Of a DNA stretch of 64,000 nt, positions 25,492-37,423 are shown piece by piece. The stretch is from Mytilus trossulus (taxonomy: Eukaryota): assembly GCF_036588685.1 (NCBI RefSeq), contig NC_086380.1, positions 10,341,347-10,405,346 of the forward strand, given 5' to 3'. The notes under the pieces were generated by a model, which worked only from the letters and a program-made list of their open reading frames with translations, made no database searches and was not told the DNA's origin. Each line of letters begins with the position of its first letter. Positions within the stretch are counted from its first letter, which is position 1. The translations under genes were made by a program, and so were the position numbers.

Positions 25492-26152
25492 GTGAGAGGT
25501 CACATTTAAGATTTGATAGTTGACTGTTTTAAATATCATTAATCCATAATTAAGTTGTCCAAAAAAAGATGAATTTAGAAATATATTGTTTTGGATAACA
25601 TCAATCCATTGTCCAAAAAAAAATATATCTAAAGACAGATTGTTTTCAATAAATTTAATCCATACGTCATTTCTGGAATAATGTCTTTCTCTAAAAAAAG
25701 ATTGTCAATTTTGCATGCTTTTATGACATCATTTACCAGATAGAAGGCTCGCCTGTATCCCTGCTCTTTTAAAAGTTTCCAGCACTTCTATAGAGTAGTG
25801 TAGAAAAAAATATGTTCGTAAATACATAATCTTGATTCCCAAACGACTGAGGGAGATTTTAATTTCCCAAATATTTTATGCAGTATAAAATCAAACTTTT
25901 TCAGCTGTTTGCTCAACATGTGTTTGAAGTGATGATGCCTACATTTTGCACACATGGTCATGGAATTTGCATGACAGATTTTACTAAAAACTATATCTGG
26001 GAGCTGGCATATTGTCCAAAAACTACTTTCAGGTCAAAATTAATATTTTACATTTTTCTATATTGAAACATTATTTTTAGGTATCAGCTGAAAAAAAAAT
26101 TACCATGAATACTGAAGCTCTTTCATATTGGTTTTAATTATTCTTTTTTTAG

Positions 26153-26323
26153 AATGTAGTCAGTACATCAGATCCTAGCGTTTGGTATTTAGACACAGCA
26201 GCAGAAGGATTGAGTGGGTATGAACAGCTATATCAACGTTACACAACATCACCATACAGCATGTTACCATGGGTACAGCCTGCTTTCTCCAGTAATAAAT
26301 TAGGCTCACCAAAGGCCAGAATG
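26153..26323 (+). CDS. PARP4: PARP4-like exon 5: NVVSTSDPSVWYLDTAAEGLSGYEQLYQRYTTSPYSMLPWVQPAFSSNKLGSPKARM.
   Basis: Acceptor ttctttttttag| and donor ATG|GTATTT. It is 171 nt in phase 0. Resemblance to human …YFENYIEELKKQGFLLREHF… is weak. Confidence 0.55.
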
Positions 26324-26420
26324 GTATTTTGTTTATTATTAAAATAAACTTCTTTTTTAATAAAATATGAGTAGCAAATGAACATAATCAATTATATTTA
26401 ATGATAACCTTACGCTTGTT

Positions 26421-26770
26421 AGTTTAAACATATTTATTTATAGTGGATTGGGAAACAAGTTTTGCAACTTATATTAATCCCTCTCCACTTTGCGGGTGCG
26501 AGTGCTGCCTTGTAGCGGCATTAGCCTACTCTTTTTCGAAATCTACAAGGGTGTCTTTAACGTGCAAGAGAAATGGCTCTCTCTTAACACGGGTCAGCCA
26601 TTTATCGTCCCCGTCCGACTGACTATCATCGTTTCCTCAAGACCATACTCGCAAATGGTGTCAAGGGAGAGCCGAAAATTGAATTCCTGAAATTTTCATC
26701 CCAAACGGGAATCGAACCAGGAACCTTTGTGTTAGTAGTCCGATGCACTAACCACTAAACCACAGCTCTC
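26421..26770 (-). mobile_element. tRNA-derived SINE copy in intron 5, minus orientation, flanked by a 10-bp target-site duplication.
   Basis: The reverse complement begins gagagctgtggtttagtggttagtgcatcgg…ggttcctggttcgattccc (Pol III A/B-box-like). The TSD TACGCTTGTT is at 26411-26420 and 26771-26780. Confidence 0.8.
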
Positions 26771-26989
26771 TACGCTTGTTTGTTGATATATGCACTATTT
26801 GATACCTAGGAAGGCAGTTCATGCATATGACTTCGTTTATACATAGAAAATAATAAGTAATTTTTTTTATATTAAATAGACAGTTTTTATAAATAACAAA
26901 ATTTTAATAAAATATTTTTTTATGTCTAATTCATTTTTCTAACTTTGCAATATAATGAGAAGTATAACTCTGATAGAGTCATTTTTCAG

Positions 26990-27127
26990 ATATTATCAGA
27001 ATTATGTAACACATCAATAGAGATATCTGAACCTGTTGGACAGCTGGTAGAACTGATCTGGTCTGATGCACTCAAAAATGCAGAGAAAGAGTTATCTTCC
27101 CCTCCCCAGCTAACTAAGCTGTCTAAG
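26990..27127 (+). CDS. PARP4: PARP4-like exon 6: ILSELCNTSIEISEPVGQLVELIWSDALKNAEKELSSPPQLTKLSK (PARP regulatory/alpha-helical region).
   Basis: Acceptor catttttcag| and donor AAG|GTATAT. The translation aligns to human LLLEEVMNSSTLSQEVSDLVEMIWAEALGHLEHML. Confidence 0.75.
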
Positions 27128-27830
27128 GTATATACTTGTCTCAGGATTGAATCAGAAATTTAAAATATAAAACTAGTCATATTAACTTTACATGGCAATG
27201 TAAATCAAGCTACAGATATCTGTATTTTTTGTATTCATTAGAATACATGGAGATTTGTTGATTTTTAAAATAAAATATATTTTCTAGAATCCAAACATAT
27301 TTTATCCAAAATATCCAACATATGGGTGATTAATCAGAATTGCACCAAATAAAGATACTCAGTTGTCAAAGGGCCCTAAAAGGTCTGTTTCCTCTTTAAT
27401 CTATAAATGCAAAGATATATGATTATACCATCCAATCAATGAATGTACTGTGGATTCATTAATTATTGTGGGTACCAATTTTGTGACTAGTGATGAAATC
27501 TTCCATTTTTGTGGATATTTGATTTTGTGAAGGTTTGCATACGCATATCGGAAATTTGTATTTGGTTAAACTTTTAAATTTATTAACTTAAGGTTCATCT
27601 TTACTGATTTAATCCATGGTAATTGGTATCCCACGATTGATAATATATCCACAGTAGTTTTAAGATGAATTGGTAATTTGATTAATGATAAAATAAAAAT
27701 TGAGAATTAAAATGAGGAATATGTCAAAAAGACAACAACTGGACCAAAGAGCAGATAATAGCCGAAGGCCACCAAGTTCATTAATTATATTTTTCTATCA
27801 TTAATTGAGGTTACTGTGACTGTATTATAG

Positions 27831-28010
27831 GTTGAGGAAGCAGAAGCAGTGCTGTATCAGTTAAAGGAGTTGTATAAAACAAGGAGTGGTGACAATGAGA
27901 AATGTTTAGAACTGACCAAAGAGTTTTACAAAGCTATACCTCATAACAGGACAGACAGGAAGGAAAAATTCAGTGTCTCAGATATATCAGCTAAGCAGGA
28001 TCTTTGTCAG
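27831..28010 (+). CDS. PARP4: PARP4-like exon 7: VEEAEAVLYQLKELYKTRSGDNEKCLELTKEFYKAIPHNRTDRKEKFSVSDISAKQDLCQ.
   Basis: Acceptor tgtattatag| and donor CAG|GTATTT. There is a strong match to human AEGILLLVKAALKNGETAEQLQKMMTEFYRLIPHKG…KKADLCQ. Confidence 0.85.
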
Positions 28011-28054
28011 GTATTTGGTTGATAATTTTAATTTGCATTGTTTATATAGATATA

Positions 28055-28270
28055 AGAAGATGTGGTATGAGTGTCAATGAGACAACTCTTCGTCCAAGTC
28101 ACAATTTGTAAAAGTAAACCATTATACGTCAAAGTACAGTTTTCAACATGGAGCCTTGGCTCACACCAACAGTAAGCTAACGCAAAACCATTAAAACAGG
28201 AAAACCAATGATCTAATCGATATAAAAAACATGAAACCAGAAACACTTATGAACCACATCAATAAACCAT
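28055..28270 (+). repeat. SINE/MITE-like interspersed repeat ('…agatgtggtatgagtgtcaatgagacaactc…ggccttcaacacggagccttggctcacacc…' family), copy in intron 7. Other copies are at 32585-32850, 44218-44525 and 54040-54270, with partial copies at 59795-59850 and 60240-60480.
   Basis: The copies are mutually alignable and all in plus orientation. Confidence 0.55.
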
Positions 28271-28866
28271 AACTAATGAACATTAGATTCCTGACTAATA
28301 ACTGTATGTACTAAGCAGGAAATCTGATTCATAAGATATTGTAGTAGAAAATTCAAGATTTTCACTGTGTTCTAAAAGTTTGTGTCACATATACACATGT
28401 ATTTGTTCTTTTTAATAAACTTTGTGTCAATTAACTCATGCTCCTGCAAAAAATATCAAAGAGCATTCAAAATCATAAGTCAAAAATAAACTGACAGCGC
28501 CATGGTTAAAAAAAGAAGAAAAAAAAACCAGACAAATAAAAGTACTTAAAAACAAAGCATAGAAAACTAAGGACTAACCAAACCCCACAGTGTGATCTCA
28601 GGTGCTAAAAAACATTCTGAAAGTTCAATCTTGTTTTTTTTTTTTTTTGGCTCATCAGAATTTTTTTTAAGGCACTATATAGCTAGTGGTACATATTTGA
28701 AAACTTTCATATTTCAACCAAGCAGACAACTTATAAAGCAAATAGAAGATTACAATTGGATGAAGACGTTCCAGTTATGCTTTTTAGAAACATTGAAAAA
28801 ACGCTGATTGGCCATGTTTTGTTTTATTTTATTTCAGCTTATCAGATGTTTTTTTTTATATTTCAG

Positions 28867-29027
28867 CTTATAAGAGATATTATCAGTGTTGGAGAAGCGA
28901 CAGATTGGTCTGACGAGGCTACAACTGTTGCCAAATATAAAGCTTTGAAATGTCATGTGACACAGCTTGACCAATTCACTGATGAATTTGATCATGTGAC
29001 CAAATTAGTCAAATCAACTTCAGAAAA
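28867..29027 (+). CDS. PARP4: PARP4-like exon 8: LIRDIISVGEATDWSDEATTVAKYKALKCHVTQLDQFTDEFDHVTKLVKSTSE(K); ends in phase 2.
   Basis: Acceptor ttttatatttcag| and donor AA|GTAAGA. The translation matches human LIRDMVNVCETNLSKPNPPSLAKYRALRCKIEHVEQNTEEFLRVRKEV. Confidence 0.85.
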
Positions 29028-30461
29028 GTAAGATATGTTAATAAAAGATAAGAAATCAAATTGAAAGAAAACTTGTACCAATTAGGCACAGGGTAGTAGA
29101 GTAATGCATATAATTGTGCTGATATGCTTTTAAAACCTTGTACCAACTAACATGAGAAGAGGCCGTAGTCCTAACCGTGTATTTAATTTTTCTTCTCTTT
29201 TTGTGAAATATTTGAGGTATTTTTATATAAAGGTATTGGATATAAATTCTGAATTATAGTACAAAATAAAACCATACAGCAGTATATTGCATTTAATAAT
29301 TCCATTTTTCTGAGGTAAAGTAATTACAAATAGCAAAGGAGTGCAGTGTTAAGATATTTGAAAATTCAGCATATTAACGTAAGGGTACCCAAATTGCACT
29401 GAGTACCCAAATTGCACCTATTTAGAAAAGATAGCAATGGAAATCTTACAAGATTTTCTAGAGACTAAACAATTTGTATTTTTATGATTTGATACTATAT
29501 ACATGTCTTTCAACATAGGTAAACATACTTTGATATACACAAAACGTTCACAGTATTTATCAACAGATGGACTGTTTACTAAAAAAGCAAAATGTACGAA
29601 AACGTCACCATGCGATGTCATCAAAACGTCATCTTTTTAAAATTAGCAAATACAATATATTATAAAAATCCTTTTCGTAAAATATGAAGAGTAAGCATGG
29701 ACTAATATCCAATTGTTCAAAATATTTGAAAAAAATAAACAAAAACTCGGTAATAAGACTTTTGACGATGTGAATTTAAGCATGGATGCAATTTGGGTAC
29801 TCCTCTTTACAGAATCATGGGTAGTTTGGAGGTTGATTCAAACCCATTTTTTTATGACTCAATGTGGATTAAAAATCAAATTGGTGTACCTATACAATAA
29901 AGAAGGATAGGGCTACAAAATAAACACAGTATGGAAATTTTTTTCTTGATCATAAAAAAACGTAGGTGAATAAACTGTCAAAATAGGTGCAATATGGGTA
30001 CCGTCACGTTACATTCAATTGTCAATTTTAATTTTATGACCTTGAAAATGTACAATAATGCCAATCAAAAAAGGAAATCGATATTATGAAATTTCAAACA
30101 TTTATTGATAACATTTAAAGGCAAGAGAGTTTTATGGAAAAGTCACCAATTGGGCTTTAACACGGTTTTCTTGGTTTTATAATGGTGTTTAATACAAATA
30201 AAACAAGTTGTAAGGTATGAGACAGCAATCTAATTCCAAAAAGAAAAAAGTTTGGAAAAAATATAAAGGATTTAAAATTGTATCTTTGAATTATGATTGA
30301 TTAGTGTTGTTTGAATGCCACTTTCATCACTTAGTATTGACTATTTCATAGCTGCAAGATTTATTTGTGGAGGTAGCTGGAGCACACTCAAAGATGACTT
30401 AGAAATGAAAGGTATTAGGGATAACAAAAATGACTTCATGATTTAATGTATTATATTACAG

Positions 30462-30590
30462 AGTAGAACTTCTGAATGTATACAAGTTGGAGAGGACATT
30501 GGAGGATCTGTGTTTCCAATCAGAAGTTGGTAATATACAGTTACTCATGCATTCATCTGGGTTCCACAACTTCCTTGGAATTCTTTCAAG
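30462..30590 (+). CDS. PARP4: PARP4-like exon 9 (start of PARP catalytic domain): VELLNVYKLERTLEDLCFQSEVGNIQLLMHSSGFHNFLGILS(R).
   Basis: Acceptor ttatattacag| and donor CAAG|GTAAAC. The translation matches human VDVLQIFRVGRVNETTEFLSKLGNVRPLLHGSPVQNIVGILCRG. Confidence 0.9.
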
Positions 30591-31100
30591 GTAAACATGT
30601 TTTTGGTTGATTTTTTATTTCAACAGATTTTGCACCACAGCTTTTCCTTTTTACAGCTTTTTAGCCTATTGGTTATTATAAGGAACACAACAATTGCAAC
30701 ATTTTCGCAATAAAAAAATTTGCGATACTTTCTGAATTTACTGTACATAAGGAGACAGGTTACAAATGTATTTTTCTGTAAGAAGAGACACAACCTTCCT
30801 TTCTTTACATAAACATTATATCACTGTTAATTCAGAAATTTATTATTGCTATTTTGTCAGTTTAGCCTTTAATGCGATTTTGATTTTTACGATTTTGAGA
30901 AAAATCCTCTTTTATTCATATAAAATATTTCAAAATGCGAGTTTAAATTATTGCGTTTAACACTGTTGCATTTTTCGCAATAATAAAAACCTAGCAATAA
31001 TTTCTGAATTTACAGTATACTTCTTATGTATAATGGAGATAGTTATTTCACTTGTGTGCCTTTATTTTTAGTATTATGATACATTTCATACTTTTTACAG

Positions 31101-31199
31101 AGGGTTGCTGATGCCAAACTTTGTAGAAGATGAACATGGGATAACAAGAACAGATGGAGGGCTGTTAGGGAGTGGTATATACTTCTCTGATACTGCTAG
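31101..31199 (+). CDS. PARP4: PARP4-like exon 10: (R)GLLMPNFVEDEHGITRTDGGLLGSGIYFSDTA(S).
   Basis: Acceptor ctttttacag| and donor TAG|GTATGT. The translation matches human LLLPKVVEDRGVQRTDVGNLGSGIYFSDS (PARP signature). Confidence 0.9.
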
Positions 31200-31420
31200 G
31201 TATGTATTGATTGGGAGGGGATAATACTAAGGGGGAGTGTAGTTGAAATTAAGCATCAAATGAAGACATTTTAACAATATGTATATAATTTCCCGGTACT
31301 GCTAGGTAGGAATTTTGGTTGGTAGGGGATTATACCAAGAGGAGTGTATTTAAATTTATGATTACATGAATAAAAGAAGGCATTTTGACATAATGCATAT
31401 ATTTCTGTTATGAGTGTTAT
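31180..31420 (+). repeat. About 110-bp tandem duplication spanning the exon10/intron10 boundary. It creates a second pseudo-donor (gctag|gtagga) 110 bp downstream of the real one.
   Basis: 31185-31285 (…tactgctaggtatgtattgattgggaggggataatactaaggggg…) and 31287-31395 (…tactgctaggtaggaattttggttggtaggggattataccaagagg…) are ~75-80% identical. Confidence 0.6.
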
Positions 31421-31898
31421 ATATGTATTAAACATCTACTTTTGGGTGGCATATTTAGGTTTAAACAAGTGGTTTCAAGAACATTATATTCTTTTATATA
31501 TTTATGCCACATTTACATATGATTAATACTTCAAAAGTTTTTGTAAGTTTTACTGGTTGAGTTGATTATTACTCACCCTCTATGGTCTGTAGGGGGTCAG
31601 TGATAAACTGTATAACCAATTTATTGCATACCAGACTTTTCATGCTACGTTTTGTAGAAAAATAAACCATGAAATACAACAAAATCAATAGATGACATCA
31701 CAAACTGTAGATGTGACGTCAATCCCCCTGTAGGATCCATAGAGGGTCACCATGTGATGGCGTTTAACCAATTACAACATCATCACGTACCCTTGGTGCA
31801 ATAAGGTTAAATATTATTCAGACTAAATGTTAAAATAGTAGCCTCTTAGATCAAGCTCAAAATGTCAGTGATTGTAAGATACTTTGTTTTCCTTGCAG

Positions 31899-32085
31899 CA
31901 AATCATTGATGTATTCAGGGCCCAGTACTACACATGGATCAAGGTTGTTGTTACTGTGTGATGTTAGCTTGGGTAAGGTCAAGGACTGCACAAGAATAGA
32001 TAATTCCCTTATGGAGCCTCCATCTGGGTATGATAGTGTACATGGTATCAAATTTTCATCTGATGGTGAACCAACAGACTTTTTA
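31899..32085 (+). CDS. PARP4: PARP4-like exon 11: KSLMYSGPSTTHGSRLLLLCDVSLGKVKDCTRIDNSLMEPPSGYDSVHGIKFSSDGEPTDFL.
   Basis: Acceptor ttttccttgcag| and donor TTTTA|GTGAGT. The translation matches human …TRLLLICDVALGKCMDLHEKDFSLTEAPPGYDSVHGVSQTASVTTDFE. Confidence 0.9.
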
Positions 32086-32299
32086 GTGAGTATGCTTTTG
32101 CTTTATGAAAATACAAAGTCTGATATATATTTGTGTTATTATAAAATTAAAAATGGAAACAAGATGTGCCAAAGACACTTCAACCTGACCAAAGGGGCAG
32201 AAAACAGCCATAGGCTAACAATAGATCTTCATCTCAGCAAGAAACTGCCTCACCCAGAAGGGTGCTTCAGCTGAACCTTAAACAATAATTTATAAAACA

Positions 32300-32530
32300 T
32301 ATTTATTGGATACTTCTGGTTTGTGTGGATACTGTACGCAGTAGGTCTGCTGTATTTGATGTATTGAATGATTGTAAGGTTTACTTGTCTATCTGACCTT
32401 GACCTCATGTTAATGATAATCAATGTTTAGTTCATTGGATACTTGGAATAAAATTTTCATTATCAAGATTTTTCAAATTTAAATAAATCATGATTATAGC
32501 AGGCGAGATATTTCAGAGAGTACACTCTTA
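32300..32530 (+). mobile_element. Family-A degenerate 5'-truncated remnant A0 (last satellite monomer plus tail) in intron 11.
   Basis: …gtctatctgaccttgacctcatgttaatg…gcaggcgagatatttcagagagtacactcttattttg resembles A-family tails. Confidence 0.5.
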
Positions 32531-32611
32531 TTTTGTTTTTACATCAAAAATGGATCCATGATTGTATACTATAAATCTAGTTTATATTAAAATTAAACGA
32601 TGTGGTATGAC

Positions 32612-32790
32612 TGCCAATTGGCTGTTTCAGAATCTAAAGCATCATGGGTAATTTCATTGTTCGTACCCCAAAGTGAAAATAACGTTAGTCATTGGTTGAA
32701 TTTCCATTGTTTATAACGTTTAAACCAATCAAAACGCTTTGGTGTACGCTTTTGAAAATATTACCCGGGATGCATTAGATTCTGAAACGG
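32612..32790. mobile_element. Tiny (~180-bp) MITE nested inside a SINE-like copy in intron 11.
   Basis: The host repeat normally reads ctgccaatgagacaactc. Here it reads ctgccaat[tggctgtttcagaatctaa…ttagattctgaaacggct]aatgagacaactc, with 15-bp perfect TIR tgtttcagaatctaa / ttagattctgaaaca. Confidence 0.45.
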
Positions 32791-33054
32791 CTAATGAGAC
32801 AACTCTCCACAAGAGACCAAAATGAAACAGAACATAACAGAGGACAGGTATAAAAATAAAAATACAGTAAAAGATATAAATTAATTCAATGTAGTATACT
32901 GATATACTTAGACTACTTCCATGGTGATGCATTTGTTATATCTCACCTATACCAAAAGAATCATAGTTTAACATTTATCTTTGCTGAAAGACTGAGGAAT
33001 TGTTATCTACCAATGAAAACATCTTTTTAGATTTACCTCTTAATCTCCTTGCAG

Positions 33055-33208
33055 GATGATGAATTTGTTATCTATAACCCTCGGCAACAGAAAATGAAAT
33101 ATTTAGTTCAACTGTGTCTTCCTGAGGATACGGTGACCCCATTAACTGACATGGCATTGACCTTGAGGTCAGAAGAAAACACAGATCAAGAAGTTTCTGA
33201 AGAAATAA
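33055..33208 (+). CDS. PARP4: PARP4-like exon 12 (end of PARP domain): DDEFVIYNPRQQKMKYLVQLCLPEDTVTPLTDMALTLRSEENTDQEVSEEI; ends in phase 1.
   Basis: Acceptor tctccttgcag| and donor ATAA|GTAGGT. The translation matches human DDEFVVYKTNQVKMKYIIKFSMPGDQIK. The phase is compatible with exon 13. Confidence 0.85.
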
Positions 33209-33359
33209 GTAGGTTTTAATAGGGTTTTCAAAGAAATTGTATAAAGAAGACATATCTTAATTTTATTAATTATGATAGAATCATGAGAAATATTAATAAG
33301 ATAAATAAGATAAAAAAAAATCCTTAATATAGACACAATTAACTGATCCAAAATGAAAC

Positions 33360-35760
33360 ACATGTCAAGGATTTGTTGGTCCCGTTTTAAAATTGGTCTA
33401 CATAAAAGTCCAAAGGGTCCAAAATTAAACTAAGTTTGATGTTAACAAAAATTGAATTCTTGGGCCTCTTTGATATGCTGAATCTCAACATGTACTTAGA
33501 TTATGGGCCCAGTTTTCAAGTTGGTCCAAATCAGGATACAAAATTATTATATTGAGTATTGTGCAATAGCAAGAAATTTTCAATTTCACAGTTATAAATT
33601 CAGCAATAGCAAGAAATTTTCAATTGCACAGTATTGTGCAATAGCAAGAAATCTTCAATTGCACAGTATTGTACAATAGTAAATATTTTCAATTGCACAG
33701 TATTGCACAATAGTAAGAAATATCTAATTGCTTAATATTGTGCAATAGCAAGAAATTCCAATTGGATTTCAATTGGAGTTATCTTTCTTTGTCCAGAATA
33801 GTAGTTGAATCAACTTAAATCATTGTTGTCGAGCCTGCAACTTTTGTTGCAGAAAGCTCGACATAGGGATAGTGATCCGGCGGCGGCGGCTACGGCGGCG
33901 GTGGCGTTAGCTCACTTCCTAAAAAGCTTTATATTTTAGAAGGTGGAAGACTTGGATGCTTCATACTTTGTATATAGATGCTTCATGTTACGAAGTTTCC
34001 GTCAGTCACAAGTCCAATGTCCTTGACCTCATTTTCATGGTTCAGTGACCACTTGAAAAAAAAGTTCAGATTTTTTATTGTAATGTTGAATTCTCTCTTA
34101 TTATAAGTAATAGGATAACTATATTTTATATGTGCGTACCTTGCAAGGTCCTCATGTCTGTCAGACAGTTTTCACTTGACCTCGACCTCATTTCATGGAT
34201 CAGTGAACAAGGTTAAGTTTTGGTGGTCAAGTCAATATCTCAGATACTATAAGCAATAGGGCTTGTATATTAGGTGTATGGAAGGACTGTAATGTGTACA
34301 TGTCCAACTGGTAGGTGTCATCTGACCTTGACCTCATTTTCATGGTTCAGTGGTTATAGTTAAGTTTTTGTGTTTTGGTGTGTTTTTCTCATACTTAATG
34401 CAACCGGTCTACTATATTTGTTGTATGGAATGATTGTAAGGTGTACACTCTAGCGGGCACATGTCATGTGACCTTGACCTCATTTTCATGGTTCAGTGGT
34501 CAAAGTTAAGTTTTTGAGTTTTGGTCTTTTTATCTAATACTATATGCCATAGGTCAACTATATTTGGTGTATGGAAATATTTTATGATCTTTATGTCAGT
34601 CGTGCAGGTTTTATTTGACTGTGACTTCATTTTCACGGTTCATTGCACAGTGTTAAGTTTTTGTTTTGGTCTATTTTTCTTCAACTATAAGTAATAGGTC
34701 AACTATATATGTTGTATAGAAGCATTGTTAGCTGTACATGTCTGCCTGGCATGATTCATCTGAACTTGACCTCATTTTCAAGGTTCATTGGTCTTTGTTT
34801 GCTAGTAGTTATCTTGTTTAATGTTAACTTTATGTGACAGTTGTAATAAAGCTTTATACTTAGGACTATCAACATAATATCAATGAGTAGTACAGAAGGC
34901 GAGACATTTCAGCGTGTGTACTCTTGTTTTATACAATATACAATGTATATTCACTTTTACTACCAACTGATAGATTAAAACAATCTTTACCATTCAGTCA
35001 TTGTCAGTGATAACAAGCACTTTTTTTACATTTTAATATTTTATGATGTATTTAAATGAGTTGTTATTGTTGCAAACTTCATTAGAAATTTGAATTGAGA
35101 TCAGTTTTGAAATAAGGGAAAGGGGGATGTGAAAAAAAAATTGGGGGGGGGGGGGGGTCAATTTTTTTCATTTCAGATTTCATAAATAAAGAAAATTTCT
35201 TCAAACATTTTTTTAAGAGGATTAATAATCAACAGCGTAGTGAATTGCTCAAAGGCAAATTTTTTTTTTAAAGTTCATTAGACCACATTCATTCTGTGTC
35301 AGAAACCTATGCTGTGTCAACTATTTTATCACAATCCAAATTTAGAGCTGAATCCAGCTTGAATGTTGTGTCCATACTTGCCCCAACTGTTCAGGGTTCA
35401 ACCTCTGCGGTCGTACAAAGCTGCGCCCTGTGGAGCATCTGGTTCTCATTTGAAATTTCATAAATAAAAGTACAGAAAATTTCTTCAAACATTTTTTTGA
35501 GAGGATTAATATTCAAATGCATAGTGAATTGCTCAAAGGCAAAACAAAAAAATTAAGTTCATTAGACCACATTTATTCTGTGTCAGAAACCTATGCTGTG
35601 TCAAGTATTTAATCACAATCCAAATTTAGAGCTGAATCCAGCTTGAATGTTGTGTCCATACTTTCCTCAACCGTTCAGGGTTCAACCACTGTGGTCGTAT
35701 AAAGCTGTGTCCTGCGGAGCATCTGGTTTTTCTTGGATTAATGAGAAAAACCAGTATATT
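33360..35760 (+). mobile_element. Family-B copy B1 (introns 12), disrupted by insertion of family-A copy A1. The 3' 330-bp block is tandemly duplicated (35060-35420, 35440-35730) and contains a (G)17 tract at 35141-35157.
   Basis: Colinear with B2 on both sides of A1. The junctions are …aatcattgttg|tcgagcc… and …actcttgtttta|tacaatatacaatgtatattcac…. Confidence 0.6.
33826..34930 (+). mobile_element. Family-A composite satellite-bearing element, copy A1 (intron 12). It comprises a 5' poly-T plus palindrome gtcgagcctgcaacttttgttgcagaaagctcgac, a (CGG)n microsatellite, ~6 x ~155-bp satellite monomers (…gaccttgacctcattttcatggttcagtggtcaaagttaagtttttg…), and a 3' conserved tail …ggcgagacatttcagygtgtgyactcttgtttt. 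Helentron/HINE- or pearl/MgE-like architecture.
   Basis: The same head, microsatellite, array and tail recur at 51075, 56123 and 60647, all in the same orientation. A1 is inserted inside a family-B element (compare the uninterrupted B copy at 40428-40455). Confidence 0.75.
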
Positions 35761-36015
35761 GGAGGATATTTGATTTTGTTGTTTTGCCTATAGAAACATG
35801 TGATTGGTTGAAGATTTAAATTCTTTGCTCACCTGTTCCAATGAAATCCATGAAAATTGGAAACCCACAAATAATCATGAATCCAAAATAGTTGAAACTT
35901 TACCATTTTCCAGTCTAAAGCATTTCTATGACCATGGTTAATTTATTAGACAACAGAAATATCAATATATATATATGAATTTATTTACAATATGTATAAA
36001 TGATATTGTTTCCAG

Positions 36016-36146
36016 ATTTGAAAGATGTGAAGGATGTACCTGACCCTCTAAACAAAGTTACTGCAGGCTTGATTGGAAAAGGGAAACAATCAGTTCCACT
36101 CAAATCTGTTCATATTAGAGCTCATCTTTTGGACTTAGTAGCAAAG
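36016..36146 (+). CDS. PARP4: PARP4-like exon 13 (start of VIT domain): (N)LKDVKDVPDPLNKVTAGLIGKGKQSVPLKSVHIRAHLLDLVAK.
   Basis: Acceptor ttgtttccag| and donor AAAG|GTAAGG. The translation matches human KAGLQDASGNLVPLEDVHIKGRIIDTVAQV. Confidence 0.85.
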
Positions 36147-37296
36147 GTAAGGTTATGTAGCTCTGATAAGTTGGTTTCTAATGTAGAAAACATTGTCCAT
36201 CATTCAAGCTTTATTGGAATTCTACACTGGAACTTTCAAGAAAAATATTGGTAATTTAATTGGTGATGTATGGCGGATAGATAGTTGAAATGGCTGCCTT
36301 GCTGCTAGCAGCCAAACAGTGTCTGTGCAATGACTTAAAATAGCATTGACGAAATCTTTTCAATTGTACATATATATTTTGTTTCCGGTGACTAAATGTA
36401 GGTCAAGTTCAAATTGCATGATTTAAGCTTTGATAGTTGTTGAGTACACAGCTACTTTTGCATAGGTACTATTTCTGTACTTAAAATCTGTAGTACTGGA
36501 AATTTACTTTTAAAATTCAGTACTATTTTGTTACTTTAAAATTATTGTAATATTTAGGCACCTGTATTTTACAGTACTTGATTTGTACTTGAAATTAAGG
36601 TACTACAGACTTTTGGTTACTAGCGTTACATTTTCAGCATTTTGAAAGTTCTTCTATTTCAAATCTTTTAAAACTATGATTTTCAAACATGGAATATTGT
36701 ATTATTTCTGCACCAAAATATTTAGTACAAATCAAGTACTGTTAAATAGCTATAGGAGTACCTAAATATTACAATAATTTTAAAGTAATGAAAAAGTACT
36801 CAATATTAAAAGTAATTTTCCAGTACTACATATTTTTAGTATAGAAATAGTACCTATGCAAAAGTAGCTGTGTAGTAGGCCTGTAAGTAGTGAAAAGTGA
36901 TGCTGAGAGCGTTTTCTATGCCATAACTTGAAAAAAAAAACTTTGACAAAATCTTTCCAAATTACGATATGTTGTTTTCTGTGACTAAGTGAAGGTCAGG
37001 TTTATTTTTTTATGATTAAATCTTTACTGTTGTCAAGTTGTAAACCTTTAAGTAGTGAAAAAGAGATATTTAGATTGAGATTTGCCTGTTTGTTTGTTGG
37101 TGAACCCTATGCAAGTTCATTATTTTTTGTACTTGATCCTGTTTGAGAGTCTAGATTTGCATATATCATGCTGATGCCAGTAAATCTAGAAAAGTGTTTC
37201 AGACAGAAGAAATATATATAAGGTGTTGTTTTCAATTTTTAGTCCCCTGTCACCATACATTCTCTTAGTAAAACAATGTTTTGTTATTTTCCCCAG

Positions 37297-37423
37297 GTTG
37301 TTATATTACAAGAATACAAGAATGACAACAATGTTCCTATTGAAGCTAAGTATGTGTTCCCATTAGATGATACAGCTGCTGTGTGTGGTTTTGAAGCTTT
37401 CATCAATGGAAAACATGTCATAG
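37297..37423 (+). CDS. PARP4: PARP4-like exon 14 (VIT): VVILQEYKNDNNVPIEAKYVFPLDDTAAVCGFEAFINGKHVI(G).
   Basis: Acceptor ttattttccccag| and donor ATAG|GTATTT. The translation is near-identical to human VIVFQTYTNKSHVPIEAKYIFPLDDKAAVCGFEAFINGKHIVG. Confidence 0.9.

Noticed and set aside
33880-34850. Regularly spaced ~155-bp direct repeats (CRISPR-like periodicity)
   Set aside because: The repeats are contiguous satellite monomers with no unique spacers, occur inside a eukaryotic mobile element, and the window is eukaryotic, so this is not a CRISPR array.
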